A program made the translations under genes and the position numbers. From sequence record SRR22947727_3605: a stretch of DNA of 46,537 nt. One strand, written 5' to 3'. Shown here one piece after another: positions 37,528-46,537 of this stretch. The stretch's first letter is position 1; each line of letters begins with the position of its first letter. A model generated the notes under the pieces. The model did no database searches and was not told the origin of the DNA. It saw only the letters and a program-made list of their open reading frames with translations.

Positions 37528-38583
37528 ATGACTTTGCGGGTGGCAATCGCTGGCGCCAGTGGCTATGCCGGTGGCGAAGTGGCGCGGCTGCTTGCGGGTC
37601 ATCCCGAATTTGAGGTGACAACGCTTACCGCTCACTCTCTGGTGGGCCAGAGCGTCGAGCAGGTGCACCCGCACCTTTCCTCACTGCATGGACAAGTTTT
37701 TCAGCCGACAACCACTGACGTTCTCGCCGATCACGATGTCGTCGTTGTAGCGCTTCCCCACGGTGACTCCGGTGCACTGGGAGAAACCCTTCTCACCGAG
37801 GGTGGCCAGAAGGTTCTCATCGATCTGGGAGCGGACCGCCGCTTAGAGAGCCAGGCGGATTGGGATGCCTTCTATGGCGGCACCCATTACGACCCCTTTA
37901 CCTACGCTATGCCGGAGCTCCCTCGAGTGAGTGGCCCCACCTCGCGCGAGCTCATCGCACAGGCCACCGCGCTGGCGGCACCGGGCTGCAACGCCACGGC
38001 CATCACCCTGGCACTTGTGCCACTGCTGGCGAGGGGCATTGTCTCGCCCGAGGACCTCAGCGCCGTGTTGGCTGTCGGCTCATCAGGAGCAGGAAAAACT
38101 CCGCGGGTTGACCTGATGGCCTCCGAGTTGCATGGCTCGGCCAATCCTTATGCCGTCGGAGGAATACATCGACACCTCCCCGAGATTTCCCAGAACGTTC
38201 GAGTGTCCACCGGTCTCGACATCTCTCTGTCGATGACGCCGGTGCTCGTTCCCATGTCCCGAGGGATCCTCGCGACCTGTAGTGGTCTCAGAGTGGGGAA
38301 CCACAGTGTCGCCGATATTCATGCGCAACTGCAGGATGCATACGCGGCTGAGCCCTTTGTGGCGGTGCTGCCTCTGGGTCGCTTCCCTCGCTCCGGTGAT
38401 GTGGTGGGAAGTAATCAGGTTCACCTGGGGGTGGCACTCGACGAGAGCGTGAATCGGGTGATCGTGATCTCTGCGATTGACAACCTGGTGAAGGGAACGG
38501 CAGGAGCAGCGCTTCAGTCCCTGAACCTCGCTCTGGGCTTCGAGGAGACACTGGGCCTCGTTCACAACGGGGTAGCTCCGTGA
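37528..38583 (+). CDS. argC: N-acetyl-gamma-glutamyl-phosphate reductase
   Basis: GASGYAG, ALPHG, APGCNAT, SSGAG, DNLVKGTAG. Confidence 0.96.
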   Translation: MTLRVAIAGASGYAGGEVARLLAGHPEFEVTTLTAHSLVGQSVEQVHPHLSSLHGQVFQPTTTDVLADHDVVVVALPHGDSGALGETLLTEGGQKVLIDLGADRRLESQADWDAFYGGTHYDPFTYAMPELPRVSGPTSRELIAQATALAAPGCNATAITLALVPLLARGIVSPEDLSAVLAVGSSGAGKTPRVDLMASELHGSANPYAVGGIHRHLPEISQNVRVSTGLDISLSMTPVLVPMSRGILATCSGLRVGNHSVADIHAQLQDAYAAEPFVAVLPLGRFPRSGDVVGSNQVHLGVALDESVNRVIVISAIDNLVKGTAGAALQSLNLALGFEETLGLVHNGVAP

Positions 38584-39752
38584 GCGTGACCGCCGCTTCG
38601 GGCTTCACCGCGGGAAGCGTTGCGGCCGGTTTGAAAGCATCCGGCGGAGCCGACCTCACGGTCGTTGTCAATGAAGGTCCCCACTATTCCGGCGCTGCGG
38701 TGTTCACCAGCAATCGTGCAAAAGCGAACCCCATTCTCTGGTCCGAGCAGGCCATCAGCTCCGGTGTGATCAGAGCGATTGTCCTGAATTCCGGGGGAGC
38801 GAACTGTTTCACAGGTCCCGAAGGTTTTCAGCTCACCCACGCGACTGCAGAAAAAGCGGCAAACCTCCTGGGGGACACGGGAGCTACTGAGATTCAGGTG
38901 TGCTCCACCGGCTTGATTGGTGAGTTGCTTCCCGCGGGCGCCATCATCAACGGCCTCGAGCTTGCGCTTGCCCGGAGAGATGGATCCCCGGAGGCGGGAG
39001 AAGAATCCGCCCGGGCGATTATGACGACGGACTCCGTTCCCAAAATGTCGCAGGTGACGCTCTCCACGCCAGAGGGTGACGTCACAATCGGAGGAATGGC
39101 AAAGGGAGCTGGCATGTTGGCGCCAGGCCTTGCCACGATGCTGGTCGTGATCACCACAGATGCTCTACTCCCCACAGAGACCCTCGATGCGGCACTGCGT
39201 GAAGCAACCAGGCTGAGCTTCGACCGGCTGGACTCTGATGGGTGCATGTCCACCAACGATCAGGTCACCCTGATGGCATCAGGAGCAAGCGGCATCACTC
39301 CGGAGAGCGCAGCGTTTAGCGCCTCCCTGACGGAGCTGTGTGAGGATCTTGCCCAACAACTGATGAGAGACGCAGAAGGCGCCTCACACGACATCACCAT
39401 TGAGGTTCGCGGAGCGGCGAGTGAATCTGACGCGCTTGCCGTGGGCCGCTCGATTGCGAGGAACAACCTCTTCAAGGCCGCAATTTTTGGCAACGACCCC
39501 AACTGGGGCCGGGTTTTGGCAGCGATTGGCACTGTGGATGCAGATTTTGATCCCTACACCGTCGATGTGTCGATGAATACTGTGCGGGTGTGCCATCAGG
39601 GTCGACCCGATCGGCCTCGGACTGAGGTTGATCTCACGCCCAGAGACACCCACGTTCTGCTGGACTTGAACGCCGGCGATGCATCCGCCTCGGTGTGGAC
39701 CAATGACCTGACCCACGATTACGTGCACGAGAACAGCGCCTACTCGAGTTAG
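38580..39752 (+). CDS. argJ: Ornithine acetyltransferase / N-acetylglutamate synthase
   Basis: NSGGANCFTG, MTTDS, KGAGMLAPGLATML, STNDQ, DPNWGR, YVHENSAYSS. Confidence 0.97.
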   Translation: MSVTAASGFTAGSVAAGLKASGGADLTVVVNEGPHYSGAAVFTSNRAKANPILWSEQAISSGVIRAIVLNSGGANCFTGPEGFQLTHATAEKAANLLGDTGATEIQVCSTGLIGELLPAGAIINGLELALARRDGSPEAGEESARAIMTTDSVPKMSQVTLSTPEGDVTIGGMAKGAGMLAPGLATMLVVITTDALLPTETLDAALREATRLSFDRLDSDGCMSTNDQVTLMASGASGITPESAAFSASLTELCEDLAQQLMRDAEGASHDITIEVRGAASESDALAVGRSIARNNLFKAAIFGNDPNWGRVLAAIGTVDADFDPYTVDVSMNTVRVCHQGRPDRPRTEVDLTPRDTHVLLDLNAGDASASVWTNDLTHDYVHENSAYSS

Positions 39753-39754
39753 CC

Positions 39755-40648
39755 ATGGACACGACATCGCACTCCCACGCGGAGGCTCTCCTCAAAGCGG
39801 GAACTCTGACCGAGGCTTTGCCCTGGATTCGGAGATTCCAGGGCAGCATCTTTGTGATCAAGCTGGGCGGAAACGCCATGGTGGATGGCGATCTTCTGCA
39901 GGCCTTTGCCGATGACATGGTCTTTCTTGCCACGGTGGGGGTGAAACCTGTTGTGGTCCACGGTGGTGGACCCCAAATTTCCCAGGCTTTGACCGATAAG
40001 GGGATTCCGAGCGAATTTCAGGGCGGATACCGGGTGACCTCCACCGAAGCCATCCCCATCATTCGGGATGTGTTGAGAGAAGAGATCAGCGTTGACCTGC
40101 AGCAGCGCATCAATCGACACAGTGACTTAGCTGTGGTGCGAAACGGCGAGGACGATGGTCTCTTTATGGCTGATCGTCGGGGGGCGCTCGTTGATGGTGT
40201 GACAGTGGACCTTGGCCATGTTGGTGAAGTGGTGCAGGTCAATCCGAGCGAGATTGTGGCGTTACTCGAGCAGGGGAAGATTCCTGTGGTGTCCTCCATC
40301 GCACCCAACAGGGATGGCTCGGGCCTGCTGAATGTGAACGCGGATGCCGCTGCCGCGGCACTCGCTGTGGCCCTTCGTGCTGAAAAGCTCGTACTGATGA
40401 CGGATGTGGCAGGTCTCTATGCGAACTGGCCAGAGACCGACTCTCTCATCTCCACCATCACGGCGGCGGAGTTGACCGAGTTGATGCCCCGCCTCGAGAG
40501 CGGGATGATTCCCAAAATGTCGGCCTGCCTCGATGCAGTGACGGGGGGAGTTCCCAAAGCAGCGATTATTGATGGCAGACTGGCGCATTCAGTGTTGTTG
40601 GAGGCTTTCACCACCTCCGGAATTGGAACAGAGGTAGTGGCATCATGA
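39755..40648 (+). CDS. argB: Acetylglutamate kinase
   Basis: IKLGGNAM, VHGGGPQI, NVNAD, GMIPKM, IDGR. Confidence 0.97.
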   Translation: MDTTSHSHAEALLKAGTLTEALPWIRRFQGSIFVIKLGGNAMVDGDLLQAFADDMVFLATVGVKPVVVHGGGPQISQALTDKGIPSEFQGGYRVTSTEAIPIIRDVLREEISVDLQQRINRHSDLAVVRNGEDDGLFMADRRGALVDGVTVDLGHVGEVVQVNPSEIVALLEQGKIPVVSSIAPNRDGSGLLNVNADAAAAALAVALRAEKLVLMTDVAGLYANWPETDSLISTITAAELTELMPRLESGMIPKMSACLDAVTGGVPKAAIIDGRLAHSVLLEAFTTSGIGTEVVAS

Positions 40649-41568
40649 CCCGGCATTTCCTTCGAGATGATGACATCACGCCTGCTGAGCAGCACGAGAT
40701 TCTTGAGCTTGCCACCTCGATGAAAGCGGATCGCTGGCGCGAGCGGCCACTGGCAGGCCCTCAGACGGTTGCCGTCATTTTTGATAAGTCCTCCACGAGA
40801 ACCAGAGTGTCCTTCGCCGTGGGGATTGCGGACCTTGGCGGTCAACCCCTCATTATTTCGACGGCTAACTCGCAGCTGGGCGGTAAGGAAACACCCTCGG
40901 ATACCGCTCGTGTGCTCGAGCGCATGGTGGCGGCCATCGTCTGGCGCACGTATGGCCAGGATGGCCTGGAGGAGATGGCCAAGAACACCACTGTCCCGGT
41001 GGTGAATGCGCTGAGCGATGACTTCCACCCCTGCCAACTCTTGGCTGACCTGTTGACCATTCGAGAGCACAAAGGATCCCTCGCCGGTTTGACCGTGGCG
41101 TTCTTGGGTGATGGCGGGTCCAACATGGCCCAGAGTTATCTGCTTGCTGGCGCCACGGCGGGAATGCATGTTCGTGTCGCCTGCCCACCCGAGTTTGCTC
41201 CAGCCCAGAGCGTGGTGGGTGATGCCCGAGCAATTGCTGAGTCCACGGGTGGGTCGGTCCTGGTGACGAGCGAGCCCGATGAGGCACTCCAGGGTTCCGA
41301 TGTTGTGGTAACTGACACCTGGGTCTCCATGGGTAAAGAGGCTGAGAAGGCTGAGCGCGTAGCGACCTTTGGCCGCTACCAAGTCGACGCCCTTGCCATG
41401 AAGAAAGCAGAGAGCGACGCGATTTTCTTGCACTGTCTCCCCGCAGACCGAGGTTTTGAGGTAGCCCCCGAGGTCATCGATGGCCCCCAGAGTGTGATTT
41501 GGGATGAGTCGGAGAATCGCCTCCACGCGCAAAAAGCACTCTTGGTCTGGCTCCTGCAGCGGGCCTAG
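40645..41568 (+). CDS. argF: Ornithine carbamoyltransferase
   Basis: STRTRVSF, HPCQLLAD, DTWVSMG, HCLPA, ENRLHAQKA. Confidence 0.97.
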   Translation: MTRHFLRDDDITPAEQHEILELATSMKADRWRERPLAGPQTVAVIFDKSSTRTRVSFAVGIADLGGQPLIISTANSQLGGKETPSDTARVLERMVAAIVWRTYGQDGLEEMAKNTTVPVVNALSDDFHPCQLLADLLTIREHKGSLAGLTVAFLGDGGSNMAQSYLLAGATAGMHVRVACPPEFAPAQSVVGDARAIAESTGGSVLVTSEPDEALQGSDVVVTDTWVSMGKEAEKAERVATFGRYQVDALAMKKAESDAIFLHCLPADRGFEVAPEVIDGPQSVIWDESENRLHAQKALLVWLLQRA

Positions 41569-41641
41569 GCCAGAGGGCATCCCAGTAGACTGAGCCTCTA
41601 CCTCCTAGTGGCCACGGGTGTGGCAGAAAGAAGCGTCCTCG

Positions 41642-42838
41642 TTGTCTGATCGTGTTGTTCTTGCGTATTCCGGTGGTCTCGACACCTCCGTCGGTATCGG
41701 CTGGCTGAAAGACGCCACTGGTAAAGAGGTCATCGCGCTCGCCGTGGACGTCGGTCAGGGTGGCGAGGACATGGACGATATTCGCCAGCGTGCGCTCGAT
41801 TGCGGAGCCGTGGAGGCAGTCGTGGTGGACGCAAAAGACGAGTTTGCCAACGATTTTGTGATGCCCGCTCTCAAGGCCAATGCTCTTTATCAAAAGCGCT
41901 ACCCCCTGGTTTCTGCTCTCTCTCGTCCGGTGATCGCCAAGCATTTGGCCAGGGTGGCTCTCGAGTTGGGAGCGGACACGGTATCCCACGGGTGCACCGG
42001 TAAAGGTAACGACCAGGTCCGCTTTGAAGCGGCCGTGGCGGCTCTTGCTCCCTCTTTGACCAGCATTGCCCCGATTCGCGACCTCGCGTTGACTCGTGAC
42101 AAAGCCATCATCTATGCCGAAGAGCATGGCTTGCCCATCAAGCAGAGCAAGAAGAACCCCTACTCGATTGACAAGAACGTCTGGGGTCGCACCGTGGAGA
42201 CCGGAGCCCTGGAGGATCCGTGGAATGCGCCCGGTGATGATGTCTGGGAGTACACCGATGACCCCGGCAAGGGTTTGCCCGCCGAGGACGTCACCATCAC
42301 TTTCGAGCGTGGAATCCCCGTAGCGATTGACGGGAAGGCTGTCACCCCGCTGGAGGCAATCCAGGTTCTCAACACCAGGGCTGGCGCCCACGGTGTTGGT
42401 CGTGTCGACATCATTGAGGACAGACTCGTCGGTATCAAGTCGCGTGAGGTGTACGAGGTGCCGGCAGCTCAGACCCTCATCAACGCCCACGAGGAGCTCG
42501 AGAACCTGGTTCTGGAGCGTGACCTCGGTCGTTACAAGCGCAAGGTCGAAGCCGATTGGGCCAACCTGATTTATGACGGTCTCTGGTACTCCGACCTCAA
42601 GCGCAGCATGGATGCCTTCATGGATCACACCCAGGAGCACGTCTCCGGGGACATTCGGGTGCGCTTGCAATCCGGTGTCGCCATGGTGACGGGTCGTAAG
42701 TCAACGGAGAGTCTCTACGACTTCGACCTTGCTACCTATGACACCGGCGACACGTTCGATCAGTCTCACGCCAAGGGCTTCATCGAGTTGTGGTCACTGC
42801 CGAGCAAGATTTCCGCGAAGCGGAACCAAGGAAAGTAG
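41642..42838 (+). CDS. argG: Argininosuccinate synthase
   Basis: [38 protein letters not shown]; probable TTG start at 41642. Confidence 0.97.
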   Translation: MSDRVVLAYSGGLDTSVGIGWLKDATGKEVIALAVDVGQGGEDMDDIRQRALDCGAVEAVVVDAKDEFANDFVMPALKANALYQKRYPLVSALSRPVIAKHLARVALELGADTVSHGCTGKGNDQVRFEAAVAALAPSLTSIAPIRDLALTRDKAIIYAEEHGLPIKQSKKNPYSIDKNVWGRTVETGALEDPWNAPGDDVWEYTDDPGKGLPAEDVTITFERGIPVAIDGKAVTPLEAIQVLNTRAGAHGVGRVDIIEDRLVGIKSREVYEVPAAQTLINAHEELENLVLERDLGRYKRKVEADWANLIYDGLWYSDLKRSMDAFMDHTQEHVSGDIRVRLQSGVAMVTGRKSTESLYDFDLATYDTGDTFDQSHAKGFIELWSLPSKISAKRNQGK

Positions 42839-42846
42839 AGCGAATC

Positions 42847-44256
42847 GTGGCTGGCCAGACAGAAGAGGGCGCCCTGTGGGGTGGCCGCTTCTCCTCTGGC
42901 CCTGACTACACGATGCAGAGACTCAGTAAGTCCACTCACTTTGACTGGCGCTTAGTCTCCTACGACCTGGACGCCACCATCGCGCACGCTCGCGCCTTGG
43001 CTGGGGCTGGACACCTGACAGCAGATGACCTCGAGACGGTGATCGCCGCGCTCGAGACCATCCGGGAGGACTACCTAGCGGATCGTGTGCACCCCCGCGA
43101 ATCTGATGAGGATGTCCATGGTGCCCTTGAGCGCATCCTGATCGAGCGGGTAGGGGAGACCCTGGGGGGATCCCTCCGAGCAGGGCGCAGCCGCAACGAT
43201 CAGATAGCTACGTTCGTGAGGATGTATGCCAGGGATACCGCGAGAGCCTTGCGGAACATCCTTGTGGAGTGTGTGCGGATTCTGATCCAGCGCTCCGAGG
43301 ACGTCGGTGACTCTGCCATGCCGGGTCGGACCCACTTTCAACATGCTCAACCAGTCCTGGTGGCGCACTATCTCCTGGCACATGCTTGGCCTTTGATACG
43401 CAACATCCAGCGACTCGATGACTGGTCGGCCAGGAATAATGTGTCGCCCTATGGCGGGGGAGCGCTTGCGGGCGGAGGTCTTGGTCTTGACCCGCAGGCG
43501 ATCGCCACCGAGTTGGGTTTTGAGAGTGTCCAACCGAACTCACTGGATGGAACTTCCTCGAGGGATGTGGTGGCGGAGTTCCTTTACATCACCACCCAGA
43601 TTGGGCTTGATGTCTCTCGCCTTGCCGAGGAGATCATCATTTACTCCTCAGCAGAGTTCTCCTACTTCAGCCTGCATGATGCTTTCGCGACGGGTTCATC
43701 GATGATGCCTCAAAAGAAGAACCCCGATATCGCTGAACTTGCTCGGGGCAAGAGTGGGCGTTTGGTGGGGAACCTGACGGGCCTGCTCACGACTCTGAAA
43801 GGTTTGCCACTGGCCTATAACCGAGACCTTCAAGAGGACAAAGAGCCACTGTTTGACTCGGTCGACACCCTTCTCCTGGTCTTGCCGGCAATGGCGGGTC
43901 TGCTCTCCTCCCTCACGTTCAACCTGGAGACCATGGAGAGGAATGCGACTGCGGGTTTTTCTCTCGCCACCGATGTTGCGGACTTTCTCGTGCGGAAGGG
44001 TGTCCCATTCCGGGAAGCCCATGAGATTGTGGGCGCGCTGGTATCCCACTGCGAACACCAGGGAATTGAGCTCCATGAGGCTAGTGATGAGGATCTCGCC
44101 GCGATTTCGCCCCACCTGAGCTCCGATGTTCGCTCCGCGATGACTCTGGAAGCATCTCTCAGTGCTAAAGCGGGACGTGGGGGAACGGCTCCAGAGCAGG
44201 TTGCGAAGCAACGCGCTGAGCTTGCCGCGCTCGTCGATGCGCTCGATAAGCCCTAG
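42847..44256 (+). CDS. argH: Argininosuccinate lyase
   Basis: LWGGRF, GRSRNDQ, MPGRTHFQHAQP, GSSMMPQKKNPD, YNRDLQEDKE; probable GTG start at 42847. Confidence 0.97.
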   Translation: MAGQTEEGALWGGRFSSGPDYTMQRLSKSTHFDWRLVSYDLDATIAHARALAGAGHLTADDLETVIAALETIREDYLADRVHPRESDEDVHGALERILIERVGETLGGSLRAGRSRNDQIATFVRMYARDTARALRNILVECVRILIQRSEDVGDSAMPGRTHFQHAQPVLVAHYLLAHAWPLIRNIQRLDDWSARNNVSPYGGGALAGGGLGLDPQAIATELGFESVQPNSLDGTSSRDVVAEFLYITTQIGLDVSRLAEEIIIYSSAEFSYFSLHDAFATGSSMMPQKKNPDIAELARGKSGRLVGNLTGLLTTLKGLPLAYNRDLQEDKEPLFDSVDTLLLVLPAMAGLLSSLTFNLETMERNATAGFSLATDVADFLVRKGVPFREAHEIVGALVSHCEHQGIELHEASDEDLAAISPHLSSDVRSAMTLEASLSAKAGRGGTAPEQVAKQRAELAALVDALDKP

Positions 44257-44996
44257 AGGCTGGGACCGAGGAAGCGTTGCAAGAACGCTTTCGTCCGGTC
44301 ATCACGGGGCTTCTCGAAGACCTCGTGGGCGGGGCCTGATTCTGCAATAACGCCCTTGTCGAGAAAGAACACTCGGTCGGCGACGTCTCTGGCGAAGGCC
44401 ATTTCGTGGGTCGCCATGACAATGGTGGTGCCATCGTCTTTGAGAGAGCGCACTAACTCGAGAACTTCACCCACTAGTTCTGGATCAAGTGCGGAGGTGA
44501 TCTCGTCCAACAGCAAAACCTCGGGTTGGCAGGCAATCGCGCGAGCGAGAGCCACGCGCTGTTGCTGACCTCCGGAGAGACGATCGGGATACCACCGTGC
44601 TTTTTCTGCCAAGCCCACGCGCTCCAAGAGCTCGCTGGCCCTGGCAGAAGCGTCAGCCGGGGACATCCCAAACACGTGGGTGAGGGAGAGTGTGATGTTT
44701 TTCTCCACCGACAGGTGAGGAAACAGGTTGAACTGCTGAAAGACGACCCCGATGCGCGCGCGGATAGCGTCGGGATTCACCCGGGGATCGGAGATGTCAT
44801 CGCCGCTGAGCCAGATTTGGCCGTCATCGATTTGCTCTAAGAGGTTGATGCAGCGCAGCAGAGTTGATTTGCCGGATCCACTCGCTCCGATGAGTGCGAC
44901 GACCTCGCCGTGGGCAACCTCGAGAGAGATTCCCTGGAGGACCGAGGTGTCACCAAAGCTCTTATGGATGTTCTCAAGTCGCAAAACGGTGGTCAT
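44253..44996 (-). CDS. Polar amino-acid ABC transporter ATP-binding protein
   Basis: GASGSGKST, FQQFNLFPH, LSGGQQQR, LLDEITSALDPE, THEMAFA. Confidence 0.95.
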   Translation of the reverse strand: MTTVLRLENIHKSFGDTSVLQGISLEVAHGEVVALIGASGSGKSTLLRCINLLEQIDDGQIWLSGDDISDPRVNPDAIRARIGVVFQQFNLFPHLSVEKNITLSLTHVFGMSPADASARASELLERVGLAEKARWYPDRLSGGQQQRVALARAIACQPEVLLLDEITSALDPELVGEVLELVRSLKDDGTTIVMATHEMAFARDVADRVFFLDKGVIAESGPAHEVFEKPRDDRTKAFLQRFLGPSL

Positions 44997-45850
44997 ACGA
45001 GTGACCCTGCCTGCTCTCTCGAGCGAAGCCTGGCGGAATACCAGTCGGTCAGCCTAATCATCGGGAGAGCCAAGAGCACGAACAAAAGTCCCGCTAGAAC
45101 GTAGGGGGTGAAGTTGAAGGCCTGAGCTGTCTCGATCTGCGCTGCCCGCACAGCGTCAACAGCGCCCAACACCGAAATCAGGCCTACGTCTTTCTGCATG
45201 GCGATGAAGTCATTCATCAGGGCTGGGGTCACCTTGCGGATTGCTTGGGGGAGGACGACGAGTCGCAGTGTCTTCCCATAGCCCAGGCCCAGTGAGCGTG
45301 CTGCGAGCCGCTGGGAGGGATGGACCGACTCGATGCCCGCGCGAAAAACCTCCGCCACATAGGCGGAGTAGGTGAGGATGAGCGCAATAGTGCCCCAGAA
45401 CTCGAGGGGCATGCGGGGGAGAGCTCCGAGGCCTGGAACTCCGAAGCCGACGATGTAGAGCACGATGATCAGCGGCATGCCTCGGAAGAGGTCGGTGTAG
45501 CCGGCAGCCAAAGCGCGCAGGGGAAAGAACACGGGTCCTCGCAGCGTGCGCAGGGTGGCGATTAGGAGCGCAAGAATCAGCACGCCCGCCGCGGCGAAGA
45601 GCAGCACGCGAACATTGAGCCACAAGCCTTCGATGACTCTTGGCCACGCTCCAGCCATTACCTCGAGGTTGAAAAAGCTGTTCTGAACGAGCTCCCAGCC
45701 GGGAGTGTTCACCACAAAGAACCAGAGCACGAAAGCGAACACGAGAGTGCTCACAAACGAGATCGCGACAGATTTCGCGCTCTGGTTCTTTCGGAAGGCC
45801 CGGCGCTCGAGCTCAATCGAACTCGGGCGCCGGGCTTCGTGGGCTGACAT
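44993..45850 (-). CDS. Polar amino-acid ABC transporter permease
   Basis: YTDLFRGMP, SAYVAEVFRAGI, AARSLGL, LPQA; likely start at ATG 45850. Confidence 0.93.
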   Translation of the reverse strand: MSAHEARRPSSIELERRAFRKNQSAKSVAISFVSTLVFAFVLWFFVVNTPGWELVQNSFFNLEVMAGAWPRVIEGLWLNVRVLLFAAAGVLILALLIATLRTLRGPVFFPLRALAAGYTDLFRGMPLIIVLYIVGFGVPGLGALPRMPLEFWGTIALILTYSAYVAEVFRAGIESVHPSQRLAARSLGLGYGKTLRLVVLPQAIRKVTPALMNDFIAMQKDVGLISVLGAVDAVRAAQIETAQAFNFTPYVLAGLLFVLLALPMIRLTDWYSARLRSREQAGSLV

Positions 45851-45869
45851 GCCGGGGTGAGCGGGCCTT

Positions 45870-46537
45870 CTACTGAAGAACCGGTGCGCCCTGGTCGGAG
45901 CCAAGCCAGGCGTCGGTGATCTCCTGGAGGCGGCCGGAGTCAATCAGGCGCTGGAGCGCTTCATTGACGGCGTCGGTCAGCGGGCTGTCCTTGGTGAGGA
46001 CCAGGCCCCACTCATCGGAGATGCCCGCGGACTGTGGCAACTGGCCGACAATCTTTCCACCGGTCAACTCGACAGCGCTGAGGTAGAAGGCGGTCGGGAG
46101 GTCCACCACGAGGGCGTCGATCTGACCGGTCTCGAGTGCCAACTTGGCGTCATCGTTGTTGTTGAACGCCTGCGCACCAGCGGTGGGCTGAATGGTTTCC
46201 TCAATGGCTTCGAACGAGGTCGTCCCACTGGCGGCACCAATCAACAGACCCTGAAGGTCCGCAATGCTGGTGGCGCTTGCAGCAGGTGAGGACTCCACGG
46301 TGATGACCGCTTGAGGTGTGGAGTAGTACGGGGTGGAGAAGTCAACGTTTTGAGCGCGCTCCTCGGTGATCGTGTACTGCTGCAGGTTGAAATCAAAGTC
46401 CTTCGGGCCAGGCTGAATAGCGGCTTCGAAGGTGGTGCGGACCCAGACAACGTCTGCAGCGTCGTAGCCAAGCTCTTCAGCAATGGCATAGGCGACGGCT
46501 GCTTCGAATCCTTCTCCGCTGTCGGGAGCGTCATCGA
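45870..46537 (-). CDS. Polar amino-acid ABC transporter substrate-binding protein (5' end outside the window)
   Basis: Frame open to the window edge: DDAPDSGEGFEAAVAYAIA...DFSTPYY...GQIDALVVDLPTA. Confidence 0.9.
   Translation of the reverse strand, partial: DDAPDSGEGFEAAVAYAIAEELGYDAADVVWVRTTFEAAIQPGPKDFDFNLQQYTITEERAQNVDFSTPYYSTPQAVITVESSPAASATSIADLQGLLIGAASGTTSFEAIEETIQPTAGAQAFNNNDDAKLALETGQIDALVVDLPTAFYLSAVELTGGKIVGQLPQSAGISDEWGLVLTKDSPLTDAVNEALQRLIDSGRLQEITDAWLGSDQGAPVLQ

Noticed and set aside
40417-42670. Long antisense ORFs (387 and 398 aa) opposite argF and argG, and similar ones opposite aceE, fabH, MMPL and priA
   Set aside because: Shadow frames expected from high-GC codon bias; no recognisable motifs, and they fully overlap well-supported genes

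Overview
A gene-dense stretch of core chromosome from a high-GC actinobacterium. Gene order and protein sequences point to Microbacteriaceae, possibly a small-genome aquatic lineage (inference). In order: (1) a lower-GC cluster of five small genes (membrane, GYD, cupin, ABM-like, membrane); (2) a DEAD-box helicase and fatty-acid desaturase transcribed divergently from a heliorhodopsin that lies 4 bp upstream of a DUF1684 gene; (3) DUF3145, then a TetR-MMPL-YhgE/Pip operon; (4) aceE-fasR-fabD-fabH-acpP-fabF; (5) tRNA-Val(TAC), a DMT transporter, an NCS1-like permease, Nif3, a zinc-ribbon protein, RNase HI and rnpB; (6) lexA and a LysM gene with SOS boxes; (7) hisC-hisB-hisH-priA-SseB; (8) infC-rpmI-rplT, TrmH, pheST; (9) argC-J-B-F-G-H, lacking argD and argR; (10) a polar amino-acid ABC transporter cut by the window edge. 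I saw no mobile element, CRISPR array or defence system. The best candidates for undescribed biology are the heliorhodopsin-DUF1684/desaturase locus and several structured 5' leaders (DUF3145, LysM, DEAD helicase, priA, infC). Family calls come from motif recognition, not database searches.
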